64,000 bases of DNA from Antedon mediterranea (Eukaryota > Animalia > Echinodermata), in contig NC_092679.1 in the NCBI RefSeq assembly GCF_964355755.1, positions 8,896,201 through 8,960,200 on the forward strand, read 5' to 3'. Position numbers and translations under genes: made by a program. Below, one piece after another: positions 22,331-37,698 of this stretch (position 1 is the first letter of the stretch; the number at the start of each line of letters is the position of its first letter). The notes beneath the pieces were generated by a model. That model was not told where the DNA came from and searched no databases. It saw nothing but the letters and a program-made list of their open reading frames with translations.

Positions 22331-25300
22331 AAACGTCTCCAAATGCGATTTGAAGCTATTCTGTACACTTTGATGTTTTTATGTTAACTAGTTTTTTCGA
22401 AAATCACAAAATGGTCTAAAACGTCTACAAATGCGATTTGAAGCTATTCTGTACACTTTGATGTTTTTATGTTAACAAGTTTTTTCGAAAATCACAAAAT
22501 GGTCTAAAACGTTTCCAAATGCGATTTGAAGCTATTCTGTACACTTTGATGTTTTGTGTGAAAATTTTCTGTCGAAATGCTCAAAATGGTCAAAAACGTT
22601 TTTAAATACGATATTAAGCTACTTTGTGCTCTTTGATGTTTTTGTGTGAAATGTTTTATCGAAATGCTCAAAATGGTCTAAAACGGTTTCTAATGTGATT
22701 TCAAGCACTTTGATGTTTTTGTATAACCAAGTTTTTCGAAAATCACAAAATTGTCTAAAACGTCTCCAAATGCAATTTGAAGCTATTCTGTACACTTTGA
22801 TGTTTTTATGTTAACAAGTTTTTCGAAAATCACAAAATGGTCTAAAACGTCTCCAAATGCGATTTTAAGCTATTCTAAGAACTTTGGTGTTTTTATGTTA
22901 ACAAGTTTTTCGAAAATCACAAAATTGTCTAAAACGTCTCCAAATGCGATTTGAAGCTATTCTGTACACTTTGATGTTTTTATGTTAACAACTTTTTTCG
23001 AAAATCACAAAATGGTCTAAAATGTCTCCAAAATGCGATTTGAAGTTATTCTAAGCACTTTGGTGTTTTTATGGAAACAATTTTTTTCGAAAATCACAAA
23101 ATGGTCTAAAACGTCTCCAATAGCGATTTGAAGCTTTTCTGTACACTTTGGTGTTTTTATGTTAACAAGTTTTTTCGAAAATCACAAAATGGTCTAAAAC
23201 GTCTACAAATGCGATTTGAAGCTATTCTAAGCACTTTTGTGTTTTTATGTTAACAAGTTTTTTCGAAAATCACAAAATGGTCTAAAACGTCTGCAAATGC
23301 GATTTGAAGCTATTCTTAGCACATTGGTGTTTTTATTTAAACAAATTTTTTCGAAACTCACAAAATGGTCTAAAACGTCTCCAAATGCGATTGCAAGCTA
23401 TTTTAAGCACTTTGGTATTTTTGTGTTAACAAGTTTTTCGAAATGCTCAAAATGGTCTAAAACGTTTTTAAACACGATATTAAGCTATTTTGTGCTCTTT
23501 GATTTTTTTTGTGAAAAGTTTTAGCGAAATGCTCAAAATGGTCTAAAACGATTTCTAATGTGATTTTAAGGACTTTGATGTTTTTATGTTAACTAGTTTT
23601 TTCGAAAATCACAAAATGGTCTAAAACGTCTCCAAATGCGATTTGAAGCTATTTTAAGCACTTAGGTGCTTTTGTGTAACCAAGTTTTTTCGAAAATCAC
23701 AAAAAGGTCTAAAATGTCTCCAAATGTGATTTGAAGCTATTTTAAGCACTTTGGTGTTTTTGTGTTAACAAGTTTTTCGAAAATCACAAAATTGTCTAAA
23801 ACGTCTCCAAATGCGATTTGAAGCTATTCTGTACACTTTGATGTTTTTATGTTAACAAGTATTTTAGAAAATCACAAAATGGTCTATAATGTCTCTAAAT
23901 GCGATTTGAAGCTATTCTAAGCACTTTGGTGTTTTTGTGTTAACAAGTTTTTCGAAATGCTCAAAATGGTCTAAAACGTCTCCAAATGCGATTTGAAGCT
24001 ATTCTAAGCACTTTGGTGTTTTTATGTTAACAAGTTTTTTCGAAAATCACAAAATGGTCTAAAACGTCTCCAAATGCGATTTGAAGCTATTCTGTACACT
24101 TTGATGTTTTTATGTTAACAAGTTTTTTCGAAAATCACAAAATGGTCTAAAACGTTTCCAAATGCGATTTGAAGCTATTCTGTACACTTTGATGTTTTGT
24201 GTGAAAATTTTCTGTCGAAATGCTCAAAATGGTCAAAAACGTTTTTAAATACGATATTAAGCTACTTTGTGCTCTTTGATGTTTTTGTGTGAAATGTTTT
24301 ATCGAAATGCTCAAAATGGTCTAAAACGGTTTCTAATGTGATTTCAAGCACTTTGATGTTTTTATGTTAACAAGTTTTTTCGAAAATCACAAAATGGTCT
24401 AAAACGTTTCCAAATGCGATTTGAAGCTATTCTGTACACTTTGATGTTTTGTGTGAAAATTTTCTGTCGAAATGCTCAAAATGGTCAAAAACGTTTTTAA
24501 ATACGATATTAAGCTACTTCGTGCTCTTTGATGTTTTTGTGTGAAATGTTTTATCGAAATGCTCAAAATGGTCTAAAACGGTTTCTAATGTGATTTCAAG
24601 CACTTTGATGTTTTTGTGTAACCAAGTTTTTCGAAAATCACAAAATTGTCTAAAACGTCTCCAAATGCGATTTGAAGCTATTCTGTACACTTTGATGTTT
24701 TTATGTTAACAAGTATTTTAGAAAATCACAAAATGGTCTATAATGTCTCTAAATGCGATTTGAAGCTATTCTAAGCACTTTGGTGTTTTTATGTTAACAA
24801 GTTTTTTCGAAAATCACAAAATGGTCTAAAACGTCTCCAAATGCGATTTGAAGCTATTTTAAGCACTTTGGTGTTTTTGTGTTAACAAGTTTTTCGAAAT
24901 GCTCAAAATGGTCTAAAACGTATCCAAATGCGATTTGAAGCTATTCTAAGCACTTTGGTGTTTTTATGTTAACAAGTTTTTTCGAAAATCACAAAATGGT
25001 CTAAAACGTCTCCAAATGCGATTTTAAGCTATTCTGTACACTTTGATGTTTTTATGTTAACAAGTTTTTTCGAAAATCACAAAATGGTCTAAAACGTTTC
25101 CAAATGCGATTTGAAGCTATTCTGTACACTTTGATGTTTTGTGTGAAAATTTTCTGTCGAAATGCTCAAAATGGTCAAAAACGTTTTTAAATACGATATT
25201 AAGCTACTTTGTGCTCTTTGATGTTTTTGTGTGAAATGTTTTATCGAAATGCTCAAAATGGTCTAAAACGGTTTCTAATGTGATTTCAAGCACTTTGATG

Positions 25301-26933
25301 TTTTTGTGTAACCAAGTTTTTCGAAAATCACAAAATTGTCTAAAACGTCTCCAAATGCGATTTGAAGCTATTCTGTACACTTTGATGTTTTTATGTTAAC
25401 AAGTTTTTCGAAAATCACAAAATGGTCTAAAACGTCTCCAAATGCGATTTTAAGCTATTCTAAGCACTTTGGTGTTTTTATGTTAACAAGTTTTTTTGAA
25501 AATCACAAAATGTTCTAAAACGTCTCTAAATGCGATTTGAAGCTTTTCTGTACACTTTGATGTTTTTATGTTAACAACTTTTTTCGAAAATCACAAAATG
25601 GTCTAAAATGTCTCCAAATGCGATTTGAAGCTATTCTAAGCACTTTGGTGTTTTTATGGAAACAATTTTTTTCGAAAATCACAAAATGGTCTAAAACGTC
25701 TACATTAGCGATTTGAAGCTTTTCTGTACACTTTGGTGTTTTTATGTTAACAAGTTTTTTCGAAAATCACAAAATGGTCTAAAACGTCTCCAAATGCGAT
25801 TTGAAGCTATTTTAAGCACTTTGGTGTTTTTATCTTAACAAGTTTTTTCGAAAATCACAAAATGGTCTAAAACGTCTCCAAATGCGATTTGAAGCTATTC
25901 TAAGCACTTTGGTGTTTTTATGTTAACAAGTTTTTTCAAAAATCACAAAACGGTCTAAAACGTCTCCAAATGCGATTTGAAGCTATTCTGTACACTTTGA
26001 TGTTTTTATGTTAACAAGTTTTTTCAAAAATCACAAAATGGTCTAAAACGTTTCCAAATGCGATTTGAAGCTATTCAAATAGCATTTGATGTTTTGTGTG
26101 AAAATTTTCTGTCGAAATGCTCAAAATGGTCAAAAACGTTTTTAAATACGATATTAAGCTACTTTGTGCTCTTTGATGTTTTTGTGTGAAAAGTTTTATC
26201 GAAATGCTCAAAATGGTCTAAAACGGTTGCTAATGTGATTTCAAGCACTTTGATGTTTTTGTGTAACCAAGTTTTTCGAAAATCACAAAATTGTCTAAAA
26301 CGTCTCCAAATGCGATTTGAAGCTATTCTGTACACTTTGATGTTTTTATGTTAACAAGTTTTTCGAAAATCACAAAATGGTCTAAAACGTCTCCAAATGC
26401 GATTTGAAGCTAATCTTAGCACTTTGGTGTTTTTATGTTAACAAGTTTTTTCGAAAATCACAAAATGGTCTAAAACGTCTCCAAATGCGATTTGAAGCTA
26501 TTCTGTACACTTTGATGTTTTTATGTTAACAAGTTTTTTCGAAAATCAAAAATGGTCTAAAACGTCTACAAATGCGATTTGAAGCTATTCTAAGCACTTT
26601 TGTGTTTTTATGTTAACAAGTTTTTTCGAAAATCACAAAATGGTCTAAAACGTCTGCAAATGCGATTTGAAGCTATTCTTAGCACATTGGTGTTTTTATT
26701 TAAACAAATTTTTTCGAAACTCACAAAATGGTCTAAAACGTCTCCAAATGCGATTTGAAGCTATTTTAAGCACTTTGGTGTTTTTGTGTTAACAAGTTTT
26801 TCGAAATGCTCAAAATGGTCTAAAACGTTTTTAAACACGATATTAAGCTATTTTGTGCTCTTTGATGTTTTTTTGTGAAAAGTTTTAGCGAAATGCTCAA
26901 AATGGTGTAAAACGATTTCTAATGTGATTTTAA

Positions 26934-27559
26934 AGACCCCTTCCCTGCAATTTTGGACGTTTTTTGGAAAATAATACATATATATCACTTTAAAAACATT
27001 AAACCATGTCATTCCTTGTCTTAAATGTACGTTTTATGGTAAATTATGATAAAAAGTGAGAAACAATGCACTACCTAAGTAGCTCGCGGCGATCGACCTC
27101 TCGTGGACGGTCTTAGGCCTAGCCTAGCTAGGCTTAGTTTTGTAGGCCTAGCTGGTAAACATCGATAACGTACGAACATCGTACGCTAGCTATATACCTA
27201 GCCTGACGTTGTATAGTTGCTGCATTAATTGTCTTTCTATTTTTGCCAGACTCCGTTGATACAAATTGGGGAAAACCCGGTATTTTCGCTGAAAAGTTAG
27301 GAGTCTTCCATTTGTTTTGGCTTTACGATCGATCGAAAAGTGGGCGAATTACAGGTGAAAAACAAAAATATCAATCCGCGTGCAATGCATTTTGGGATTT
27401 ATAGCGGGCCGCTATAATTATTAGAATCGATTTATTTTTCACATTTTTAACCGTTTAAAGACGAAAAAAGTTATCGCAATATGACCATATAGTATTATTT
27501 TTACATTAAATATAGTTTGTGATCTTAAATTAGATCTAAAAAACGTAGGGAATGGGGCT
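26934..27559. mobile_element. Kolobok-like MITE, copy 5
   Basis: Same 626 bp, TTAA at 26930-26933 and 27560-27563. C>T at 27324 and 27381. Confidence 0.9.
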
Positions 27560-30500
27560 TTAAGCACTTTGATGTTTTTATGTTAACTAGTTTTTTCGAA
27601 AATCACAAAATGGTCTAAAACGTCTCCAAATGTAATTTGAAGCTATTCTAAGCACTTGGGTGTTTTTATGTTAACAGTTTTTTCGAAAATCACAAAATGG
27701 TCTAATACGTTTCCAAATGCGATTTGAAGCTATTCTGTACACTTTGATGCTTTTATGGTAACAAGTTTTTTCAAAAATCACAAAATGGTCTAAAATGTCT
27801 CCAAATGCGATTTGAAGCTATTCTAAGCACTTTGGTGTTTTTATGGAAACAATTTTTTTCGAAAATCACAAAATGGTCTAAAACGTCTCCAATAGCGATT
27901 TGAAGCTTTTCTGTACACTTTGGTGTTTTTATGTTAACAAGTTTTTTCGAAAATCACAAAATGGTCTAAAACGTTTCCAAATGCGATTTGAAGCTATTCT
28001 GTACACTTTGATGCTTTTATGGTAACAAGTTTTTTAGAAAATCACAAAATGGTCTAAAACATCTCCAAATGCGATTTAAAGCTATTTTAAGCACTTTTGT
28101 GTTTTTGTGTAACCAAGTTTTTTCGAAAATCACAAAAGGGTCAAAAATGTCTCTAAATGCGATTTGAAGCTACTCTAAGCACTTTGGTGTTTTTATGTTA
28201 ACAAGTTTTTTCGAAAATCACAAAATGGTCTAAAATGTCTCCAAATGCGATTTGAAGCTATTCTGTACACTTTGCTGTTTTGTGTGAAAAATGTTTGTCG
28301 AAATCCTCAAAATGGTCAAAAACGTTTTTAAATACGATATTAAGCTATTTTTTGCTCTTTGATGTTTTTGTGTGAAAAGTTTTATCGAAATACTCAAAAT
28401 GGTCTAAAACGGTTTCTAATGTGATTTTAAGCACTTTGATGTTTTTGTGTAACCAAGTTTTTTCGAAAATCACAAAATGGTCTAAAATGTCTCCAAATGC
28501 GATTTGAAGCTATTCTAAGCACTTTGGTGTTTTTATGAAAACAATTTTTTTCGAAAATCACAAAATGGTCTAAAACGTCTCCAATAGCAATTTGAAGCTT
28601 TTCTGTACACTTTGGTGTTTTTATGTTAACAAGTTTTTTCGAAAATCACAAAATGGTCTAAAACGTCTCCAAATGCGATTTGAAGCTATTCTGTACACTT
28701 TGATGTTTTTATGTTCACAAGTTTTTTATAAAATCACAAAATGGTATAAAACGTCTCCAAATGCGATTTGAAGCTATTCTGTACACTTTGATGTTTTTAT
28801 GTTAACAAGTTTTTTCGAAAATCACAAAAGGGTCTAAAATGTCTCGAAATGCGATTTGAAGCTATTCTAAGCACTTTGGTGTTTTTATGTTAACAAGTTT
28901 TTTCGAAAATCACAAAATGGTCTAAAACGTCTCCAAATGCGATTTGAAGCTATTCTAAGCACTTTGGTGTTTTTATGTTAACAAGTTTTTTCGAAAATCA
29001 CAAAATGGTCTAAAACGTCTCCAAATGCGATTTGAAGCTGTTTTAAGCACTTTGGTGCTTTTGTGTAACCAAGTTTTTTCGAAAATCACGAAATGGTCTA
29101 AAACGTCTCCAAATGCGATTTGAAGCTATTCTAAGCACTTTGGTGTTTTTACGTTAACAAGTTTTTTCGAAAATCACAAAATGGTCTAAAACGTCTCCAA
29201 ATGCGATTTGAAGCTATTCTGTACACTTTGATGTTTTTATGTTAAAAAGTTTTTTCGAAAATCACAAAATGGTCTAAAACATCTACAAATGCGATTTGAA
29301 GCTATTCTGTACACTTTGATGTTTTTATGTTAACAAGTTTTTTCGAAAATCACAAAATGGTCTAAAACGTTTCCAAATGCGATTTGAAGCTATTCTGTAC
29401 ACTTTTATGTTTTGTGTGAAAATTTTCTGTCGAAATGCTCAAAATGGTCAAAAACGTTTTTAAATACGATATTAAGCTACTTTGTGCTCTTTGATGTTTT
29501 TGTGTGAAATGTTTTATCGAAATGCTCAAAATGGTCTAAAACGGTTTCTAATGTGATTTCAAGCACTTTGATGTTTTTGTGTAACCAAGTTTTTTCGAAA
29601 ATCACAAAATGGTCTAAAACGTCTCCAAATGCGATTTGAAGCTATTTTAAGCACTTTGGTGCTTTTGTGTAACCAAGTTTTTTCGAAAATCACGAAATGG
29701 TCTAAAACGTCTCCAAATGCGATTTGAAGCTATTTTAAGCACTTTGGTGCTTTTGTGTAACCAAGTTTTTTCGAAAATCACGAAATGGTCTAAAACGTCT
29801 CCAAATGCGATTTGAAGCTATTCTAAGCACTTTGGTGTTTTTACGTTAACAAGTTTTTTCGAAAATCACAAAATGGTCTAAAACGTCTCCAAATGCGATT
29901 TGAAGCTATTCTGTACACTTTGATGTTTTTATGTTAACAAGTTTTTTCGAAAATCACAAAATGGTCTAAAACGTCTCCAAATGCGATTTAAAGCTATTTT
30001 AAGCACTTTTGTGTTTTTGTGTAACCAAGTTTTTTCGAAAATCACAAAAGGGTCTAAAATTTCTGTAAATGCGATTTGAAGCTATTTAAAGCACTTTGGT
30101 GTTTTTAGGTTAACAAGTTTTTTCGAAAATCACAAAATGGTCTAAAACGTCTACAAATGCGATTTGAAGCTATTCTAAGCACTTTTGTGTTTTTATGTTA
30201 ACAAGTTTTTTCGAGAATCACAAAATGGTCTAAAACGTCTCCAAATGCGATTTGAAGCTATTTTAAGCACTTTGGTGTTTTTGTGTTAACAAGTTTTTCG
30301 AAATGCTCAAAATGGTCTAAAACGTCTCCAAATGCGATTTGAAGCTATTCTAAGCACTTTGGTGTTTTTATGTTAACAAGTTTTTTCGAAAATCACAAAA
30401 TGGTATAAAACGTCTCCAAATGCGATTTGAAGCTATTCTAAGCACTTTGGTGTTTTTATGTTAACAAGTTTTTTCGAAAATCATAAAATGGTCTAAAACG

Positions 30501-33500
30501 TTTCCAAATGCGATTTCAAGCTATTCTGTACACTTTGATGTTTTGTGTGAAAATTTTCTTTCGAAATGCTCAAAAGGGTCAAAAACGTTTTTAAATACGA
30601 TATTAAGCTACTTTGTGCTCTTTGATGTTTTTGTGTGAAATGTTTTATCGAAATGCTCAAAATGTTCTAAAACGGTTTCTAATGTGATTTCAAGCACTTT
30701 GATGTTTTTGTGTAACCAAGTTTTTCGAAAATCACAAAATTGTCTAAAACGTCTCCAAATGCGATTTGAAGCTATTCTGTACACTTTGATGTTTTTATGT
30801 TAACAAGTTTTTCGAAAATCACAAAATGGTCTAAAACGTCTCCAAATGCGATTTTAAGCTATTCTAAGCACTTTGGTGTTTTTATGTTAACAAGTTTTTT
30901 TGAAAATCACAAAATGGTCTAAAACGTCTCTAAATGCGATTTGAAGCTTTTCTGTACACTTTGATGTTTTTATGTTAACAACTTTTTTCGAAAATCACAA
31001 AATGGTCTAAAATGTCTCCAAATGCGATTTGAAGCTATTCTAAGCACTTTGGTGTTTTTATGGAAACAATTTTTTTCGAAAATCACAAAATGGTCTAAAA
31101 CGTCTCCAATAGCGATTTGAAGCTTTTCTGTACACTTTGGTGTTTTTATGTTAACAAGTTTTTTCGAAAATCACAAAATGGTTTAAAACGTCTCCAAATG
31201 CGATTTGAAGCTATTCTGTACACTTTGATGTTTTTATGTTAACAAGTGTTTTCGAAAATCACAAAATGGTCTAAAACGTCTACAAATGCGATTTGAAGCT
31301 ATTCTAAGCACTTTTGTGTTTTTATGTTAACAAGTTTTTTCGAAAATCACAAAAATAAATGGTCTAAAAGGTCTGCAAATGCGATTTGAAACTATTCTTA
31401 GCACATTGGTGTTTTTATTTAAACAAATTTTTTCGAAACTCACAAAATGGTCTAAAACGTCTCCAAATGCGATTTGAAGCTATTTTAAGCACTTTGGTGT
31501 TTTTGTGTTAACAAGTTTTTCGAAATGCTCAAAATGGTCTAAAACGTTTTTAAACACGATATTAAGCTATTTTGTGCTCTTTGATGTTTTTTTGTGAAAA
31601 GTTTTAGCAAAATGCTCAAAATGGTCTAAAACGATTTCTAATGTGATTTTAAGCACTTTGATGTTTTTATGTTAACTAGTTTTTTCGAAAATCACAAAAT
31701 GGTCTAAAACGTCTCCAAATGCGATTTGAAGCTATTTTAAGCACTTAGGTGCTTTTGTGTAACCAAGTTTTTTTGAAAATCACAAAAGGGTCTAAAATGT
31801 CTCCAAATGTGATTTGAAGCTATTTTAAGCACTTTGGTGTTTTTGTGTTAACAAGTTTTTCGAAAATCACAAAATTGTCTAAAACGTCTCCAAATGCGAT
31901 TTGAAGCTATTCTGTACACTTTGATGTTTTTATGTTAAGTTTTTTTGAAAATCACAAAATGGTCTAAAACGTTTCCAAATGCGATTTGAAGCTATTCTCT
32001 ACACTTTGATGTTTTGTGTGAAAATTTTCTTTCGAAATGCTCAAAATGGTCAAAAACGTTTTTAAATACGATATTAAGCTACTTTGTGCTCTTTGATGTT
32101 TTTGTCTGAAATGTTTTATCGAAATGCTCAAAATGGTCTAAAACGGTTTCTAATGTGATTTCAAGCACTTTGATGTTTTTGTGTTACCAAGTTTTTCGAA
32201 AAACACAAAATTGTCTAAAACGTCTCCAAATGCGATTTGAAGCTATTCTGTACACTTTGATGTTTTTATGTTAACAAGTTTTTCTAAAATCACAAAATGG
32301 TCTAAAACGTCTCCAAATGCGATTTTAAGCTATTCTAAGCACTTTGGTGTTTTTATGTTAACAAGTTTTTTTGAAAATCACAAAATGGTCTAAAACGTCT
32401 TTAAATGCGATATGAAGCTTTTCTAAGCACTTTGGTGTTTTTATGGAAACAATTTTTTTCGAAAATCACAAAATGGTCTAAAACGTCTCCAAATGTGATT
32501 TGAAGCTATTCTGTACACTTTGATGTTTTTATGCTAACAAGTTTTTTCGAAAATCACAAAATGGTCTAAAACGTCTACAAATGCGATTTGAAGCTAATCT
32601 GTACACTTTGATGTTTTTATGTTAACAAGTTTTTTCGAAAATCACAAAATGGTCTAAAACGTTTCCAAATGCGATTTGAAGCTATTCTGTACACTTTGAT
32701 GTTTTGTGTGAAAATTTTCTGTCGAAATGCTCAAAATGGTCAAAAACGTTTTTAAATACGATATTAAGCTACTTTGTGCTCTTTGATGTTTTTGTGTGAA
32801 ATGTTTTATCGAAATGCTCAAAATGGTCTAAAACGGTTTCTAATGTGATTTCAAGCACTTTGATGTTTTTGTGTAACCAAGTTTTTCAAAAATCACAAAA
32901 TTGTCTAAAACGTCTCCAAATGCGATTTGAAGCTATTCTGTACACTTTGGTGTTTTTATGTTAACAAGTTTTTTCGAAAATCACAAAATGGTCTAAAACG
33001 TCTCCAAATGCGATTTAAAGCTATTTTAAGCACTTTTGTGTTTTTGTGTAACCAAGTTTTTTCGAAAATCACAAAATGGTCTAAAACGTCTCCAAATGCG
33101 ATTTGAAGCTATTCTAAGCACTTTGGTGTTTTTATGTTAACAAGTTTTTTGGAAAATCACAAAATGGTATAAAACGTCTCCAAATGCGATTTGAAGCTAT
33201 TCTAAGCACTTTGGTGTTTTTATGTTAACAAGTTTTTTCGAAAATCACAAAATGGTCTAAAACGTCTCCAAATGCGATTTAAAGCTATTTTAAGCACTTT
33301 GGTGTTTTTGTGTTAACAAGTTTTTCGAAATGCACAAAATGGTCTAAAACGTCTCCAAATGCGATTTGAAGCTATTCTAAGCACTTTGGTGTTTTTATGT
33401 TAACAAGTTTTTTCGAAAATCACAAAATGGTCTAAAACGTCTCCAAATGCGATTTGAAGCTATTCTGTACACTTTGATGTTTTTATGTTAACAAGTTTTT

Positions 33501-36500
33501 TCGAAAATCACAAAATGGTCTAAAACGTCTACAAATGCGATTTGAAGCTATTCTAAGCACTTTTGTGTTTTTATTTAAACAAATTTTTTCGAAACTCACA
33601 AAATGGTCTAAAACGTCTCCAAAGGCGATTTGAAGCTATTTTAAGTACTTTGGTATTTTTGTGTTACCAAGTTTTTCGAAATGCTCAAAATGGTCTAAAA
33701 CGTTTTTAAACACGATATTAAGCTATTTTGTGCTCTTTGATGTTTTTTTGTGAAAAGTTTTAGCGAAATGCTCAGAATGGTCTAAAACGATTTCTAATGT
33801 GGTTTTAAGGACTTTGATGTTTTTATGTTAACTAGTTTTTTCGAAAATCACAAAATGGTCTAAAACGTCTCCAAATGCGATTTGAAGCTATCTTAAGCAC
33901 TTAGGTGCTTTTGTGTAACTCAGTTTTTTCGAAAATCATAAAAAGGTCTAAAATGTCTCCAAATGTGATTTGAAGCTATTTTAAGCACTTTGGTGTTTTT
34001 GTGTTAACAAGTTTTTCGAAAATCACAAAATTGTCTAAAACGTCTCCAAATGCGATTTGAAGCTATTCTGTACACTTTGATGTTTTTATGTTAACAAGTT
34101 TTTTAGAAAATCACAAAATGGTCTAAAATGTCTCCAAATGCGATTTGAAGCTATTCTAAGCACTTTGGTGTTTTTATGTTAACAAGTTTTTTCGAAAATC
34201 ACAAAATGGTCTAAAACGTCTCCAAATGCGATTTGAAGATATTTTAAGCACTTTGGTGTTTTTGTGTTAACAAGTTTTTCGAAATGCTCAAAATGGTCTA
34301 AAACGTCTCCAAATGCGATTTGAAGCTATTCTAAGCACTTTGGTGTTTTTATGTTAACAAGTTTTTTCAAAAATCACAAAATGGTCTAAAACGTTTCCAA
34401 ATGCGATTTGAAGCTATTCTGTACACTTTGATGTTTTGTGTGAAAATTTTCTGTCGAAATGCTCAAAATGGTCAAAAACGTTTTTAAATACGATATTAAG
34501 CTACTTTGTGCTCTTTGATGTTTTTGTGTGAAATGTTTTATCGAAATGCTCAAAATGGTCTAAAACGGTTTCTAATGTGATTTCAAGCACTTTGATGTTT
34601 TTGTGTAACCAAGTTTTTCGAAAATCACAAAATTGTCTAAAACGTCTCCAAATGCGATTTGAAGCTATTCTGTACACTTTGATGTTTTTATGTTAACAAG
34701 TTTTTCGAAAATCACAAAATGGTCTAAAACGTCTCCAAATGCGATTTTAAGCTATTCTAAGCACTTTGGTGTTTTTATGTTAACAAGTTTTTTTGAAAAT
34801 CACAAAATGGTCTAAAACGTCTCTAAATGCGATTTGAAGCTTTTCTGTACACTTTGATGTTTTTATGTTAACAACTTTTTTCGAAAATCACAAAATGGTC
34901 TAAAATGTCTCCAAATGCGATTTGAAGCTATTCTAAGCACTTTGGTGTTTTTATGGAAACAATTTTTTTCGAAAATCACAAAATGGTCTAAAACGTCTCC
35001 AATAGCGATTTGAAGCTTTTCTGTACACTTTGGTGTTTTTATGTTAACAAGTTTTTTCGAAAATCACAAAATGGTCTAAAACGTCTCCAAATGCGATTTG
35101 AAGCTATTCTGTACACTTTGATGTTTTTATGTTAACTAGTTTTTTCGAAAATCACAAAATGGTCTAAAACGTCTACAAATGCGATTTGAAGCTATTCTGT
35201 ACACTTTGATGTTTTTATGTTAACAAGTTTTTTCGAAAATCACAAAATGGTCTAAAACGTTTCCAAATGCGATTTGAAGCTTTTCTGTACACTTTGATGT
35301 TTTGTGTGAAAATTTTCTGTCGAAATGCTCAAAATGGTCAAAAACGTTTTTAAATACGATATTAAGCTACTTTGTGCTCTTTGATGTTTTTGTGTGAAAT
35401 GTTTTATCGAAATGCTCAAAATGGTCTAAAACGGTTTCTAATGTGATTTCAAGCACTTTGATGTTTTTGTGTAACCAAGTTTTTCGAAAATCACAAAATT
35501 GTCTAAAACGTCTCCAAATGCGATTTGAAGCTATTCTGTACACTTTGATGTTTTTATGTTAACAAGTATTTTAGAAAATCACAAAATGGTCTATAATGTC
35601 TCTAAATGCGATTTGAAGCTATTCTAAGCACTTTGGTGTTTTTATGTTAACAAGTTTTTTCGAAAATCACAAAATGGTCTAAAACGTCTCCAAATGCGAT
35701 TTGAAGCTATTTTAAGCACTTTGGTGTTTTTGTGTTAACAAGTTTTTCGAAATGCTCAAAATGGTCTAAAACGTATCCAAATGCGATTTGAAGCTATTCT
35801 AAGCACTTTGGTGTTTTTATGTTAACAAGTTTTTTCGAAAATCACAAAATGGTCTAAAACGTCTCCAAATGCGATTTGAAGCTATTCTGTACACTTTGAT
35901 GTTTTTATGTTAACAAGTTTTTTCGAAAATCACAAAATGGTCTAAAACGTTTCCAAATGCGATTTGAAGCTATTCTGTACACTTTGATGTTTTGTGTGAA
36001 AATTTTCTGTCGAAATGCTCAAAATGGTCAAAAACGTTTTTAAATACGATATTAAGCTACTTTGTGCTCTTTGATGTTTTTGTGTGAAATGTTTTATCGA
36101 AATGCTCAAAATGGTCTAAAACGGTTTCTAATGTGATTTCAAGCACTTTGATGTTTTTGTGTAACCAAGTTTTTCGAAAATCACAAAATTGTCTAAAACG
36201 TCTCCAAATGCGATTTGAAGCTATTCTGTACACTTTGATGTTTTTATGTTAACAAGTTTTTCGAAAATCACAAAATGGTCTAAAACGTCTCCAAATGCGA
36301 TTTTAAGCTATTCTAAGCACTTTGGTGTTTTTATGTTAACAAGTTTTTTTGAAAATCACAAAATGTTCTAAAACGTCTCTAAATGCGATTTGAAGCTTTT
36401 CTGTACACTTTGATGTTTTTATGTTAACAACTTTTTTCGAAAATCACAAAATGGTCTAAAATGTCTCCAAATGCGATTTGAAGCTATTCTAAGCACTTTG

Positions 36501-37698
36501 GTGTTTTTATGGAAACAATTTTTTTCGAAAATCACAAAATGGTCTAAAACGTCTACAATAGCGATTTGAAGCTTTTCTGTACACTTTGGTGTTTTTATGT
36601 TAACAAGTTTTTTCGAAAATCACAAAATGGTCTAAAACGTCTCCAAATGCGATTTGAAGCTATTTTAAGCACTTTGGTGTTTTTATCTTAACAAGTTTTT
36701 TCGAAAATCACAAAATGGTCTAAAACGTCTCCAAATGCGATTTGAAGCTATTCTAAGCACTTTGGTGTTTTTATGTTAACAAGTTTTTTCAAAAATCACA
36801 AAACGGTCTAAAACGTCTCCAAATGCGATTTGAAGCTATTCTGTACACTTTGATGTTTTTATGTTAACAAGTTTTTTCAAAAATCACAAAATGGTCTAAA
36901 ACGTTTCCAAATGCGATTTGAAGCTATTCAAATAGCATTTGATGTTTTGTGTGAAAATTTTCTGTCGAAATGCTCAAAATGGTCAAAAACGTTTTTAAAT
37001 ACGATATTAAGCTACTTTGTGCTCTTTGATGTTTTTGTGTGAAAAGTTTTATCGAAATGCTCAAAATGGTCTAAAACGGTTGCTAATGTGATTTCAAGCA
37101 CTTTGATGTTTTTGTGTAACCAAGTTTTTCGAAAATCACAAAATTGTCTAAAACGTCTCCAAATGCGATTTTAAGCTATTCTGTACACTTTGATGTTTTT
37201 ATGTTAACAAGTTTTTCGAAAATCACAAAATGGTCTAAAACGTCTCCAAATGCGATTTGAAGCTAATCTTAGCACTTTGGTGTTTTTATGTTAACAAGTT
37301 TTTTCGAAAATCACAAAATGGTCTAAAACGTCTCCAAATGCGATTTGAAGCTATTCTGTACACTTTGATGTTTTTATGTTAACAAGTTTTTTCGAAAATC
37401 AAAAATGGTCTAAAACGTCTACAAATGCGATTTGAAGCTATTCTAAGCACATTGGTGTTTTTATTTAAACAAATTTTTTCGAAACTCACAAAATGGTCTA
37501 AAACGTCTCCAAATGCGATTTGAAGCTATTTTAAGCACTTTGGTGTTTTTGTGTTAACAAGTTTTTCGAAATGCTCAAAATGGTCTAAAACGTTTTTAAA
37601 CACGATATTAAGCTATTTTGTGCTCTTTGATGTTTTTTTGTGAAAAGTTTTAGCGAAATGCTCAAAATGGTGTAAAACGATTTCTAATGTGATTTTAA

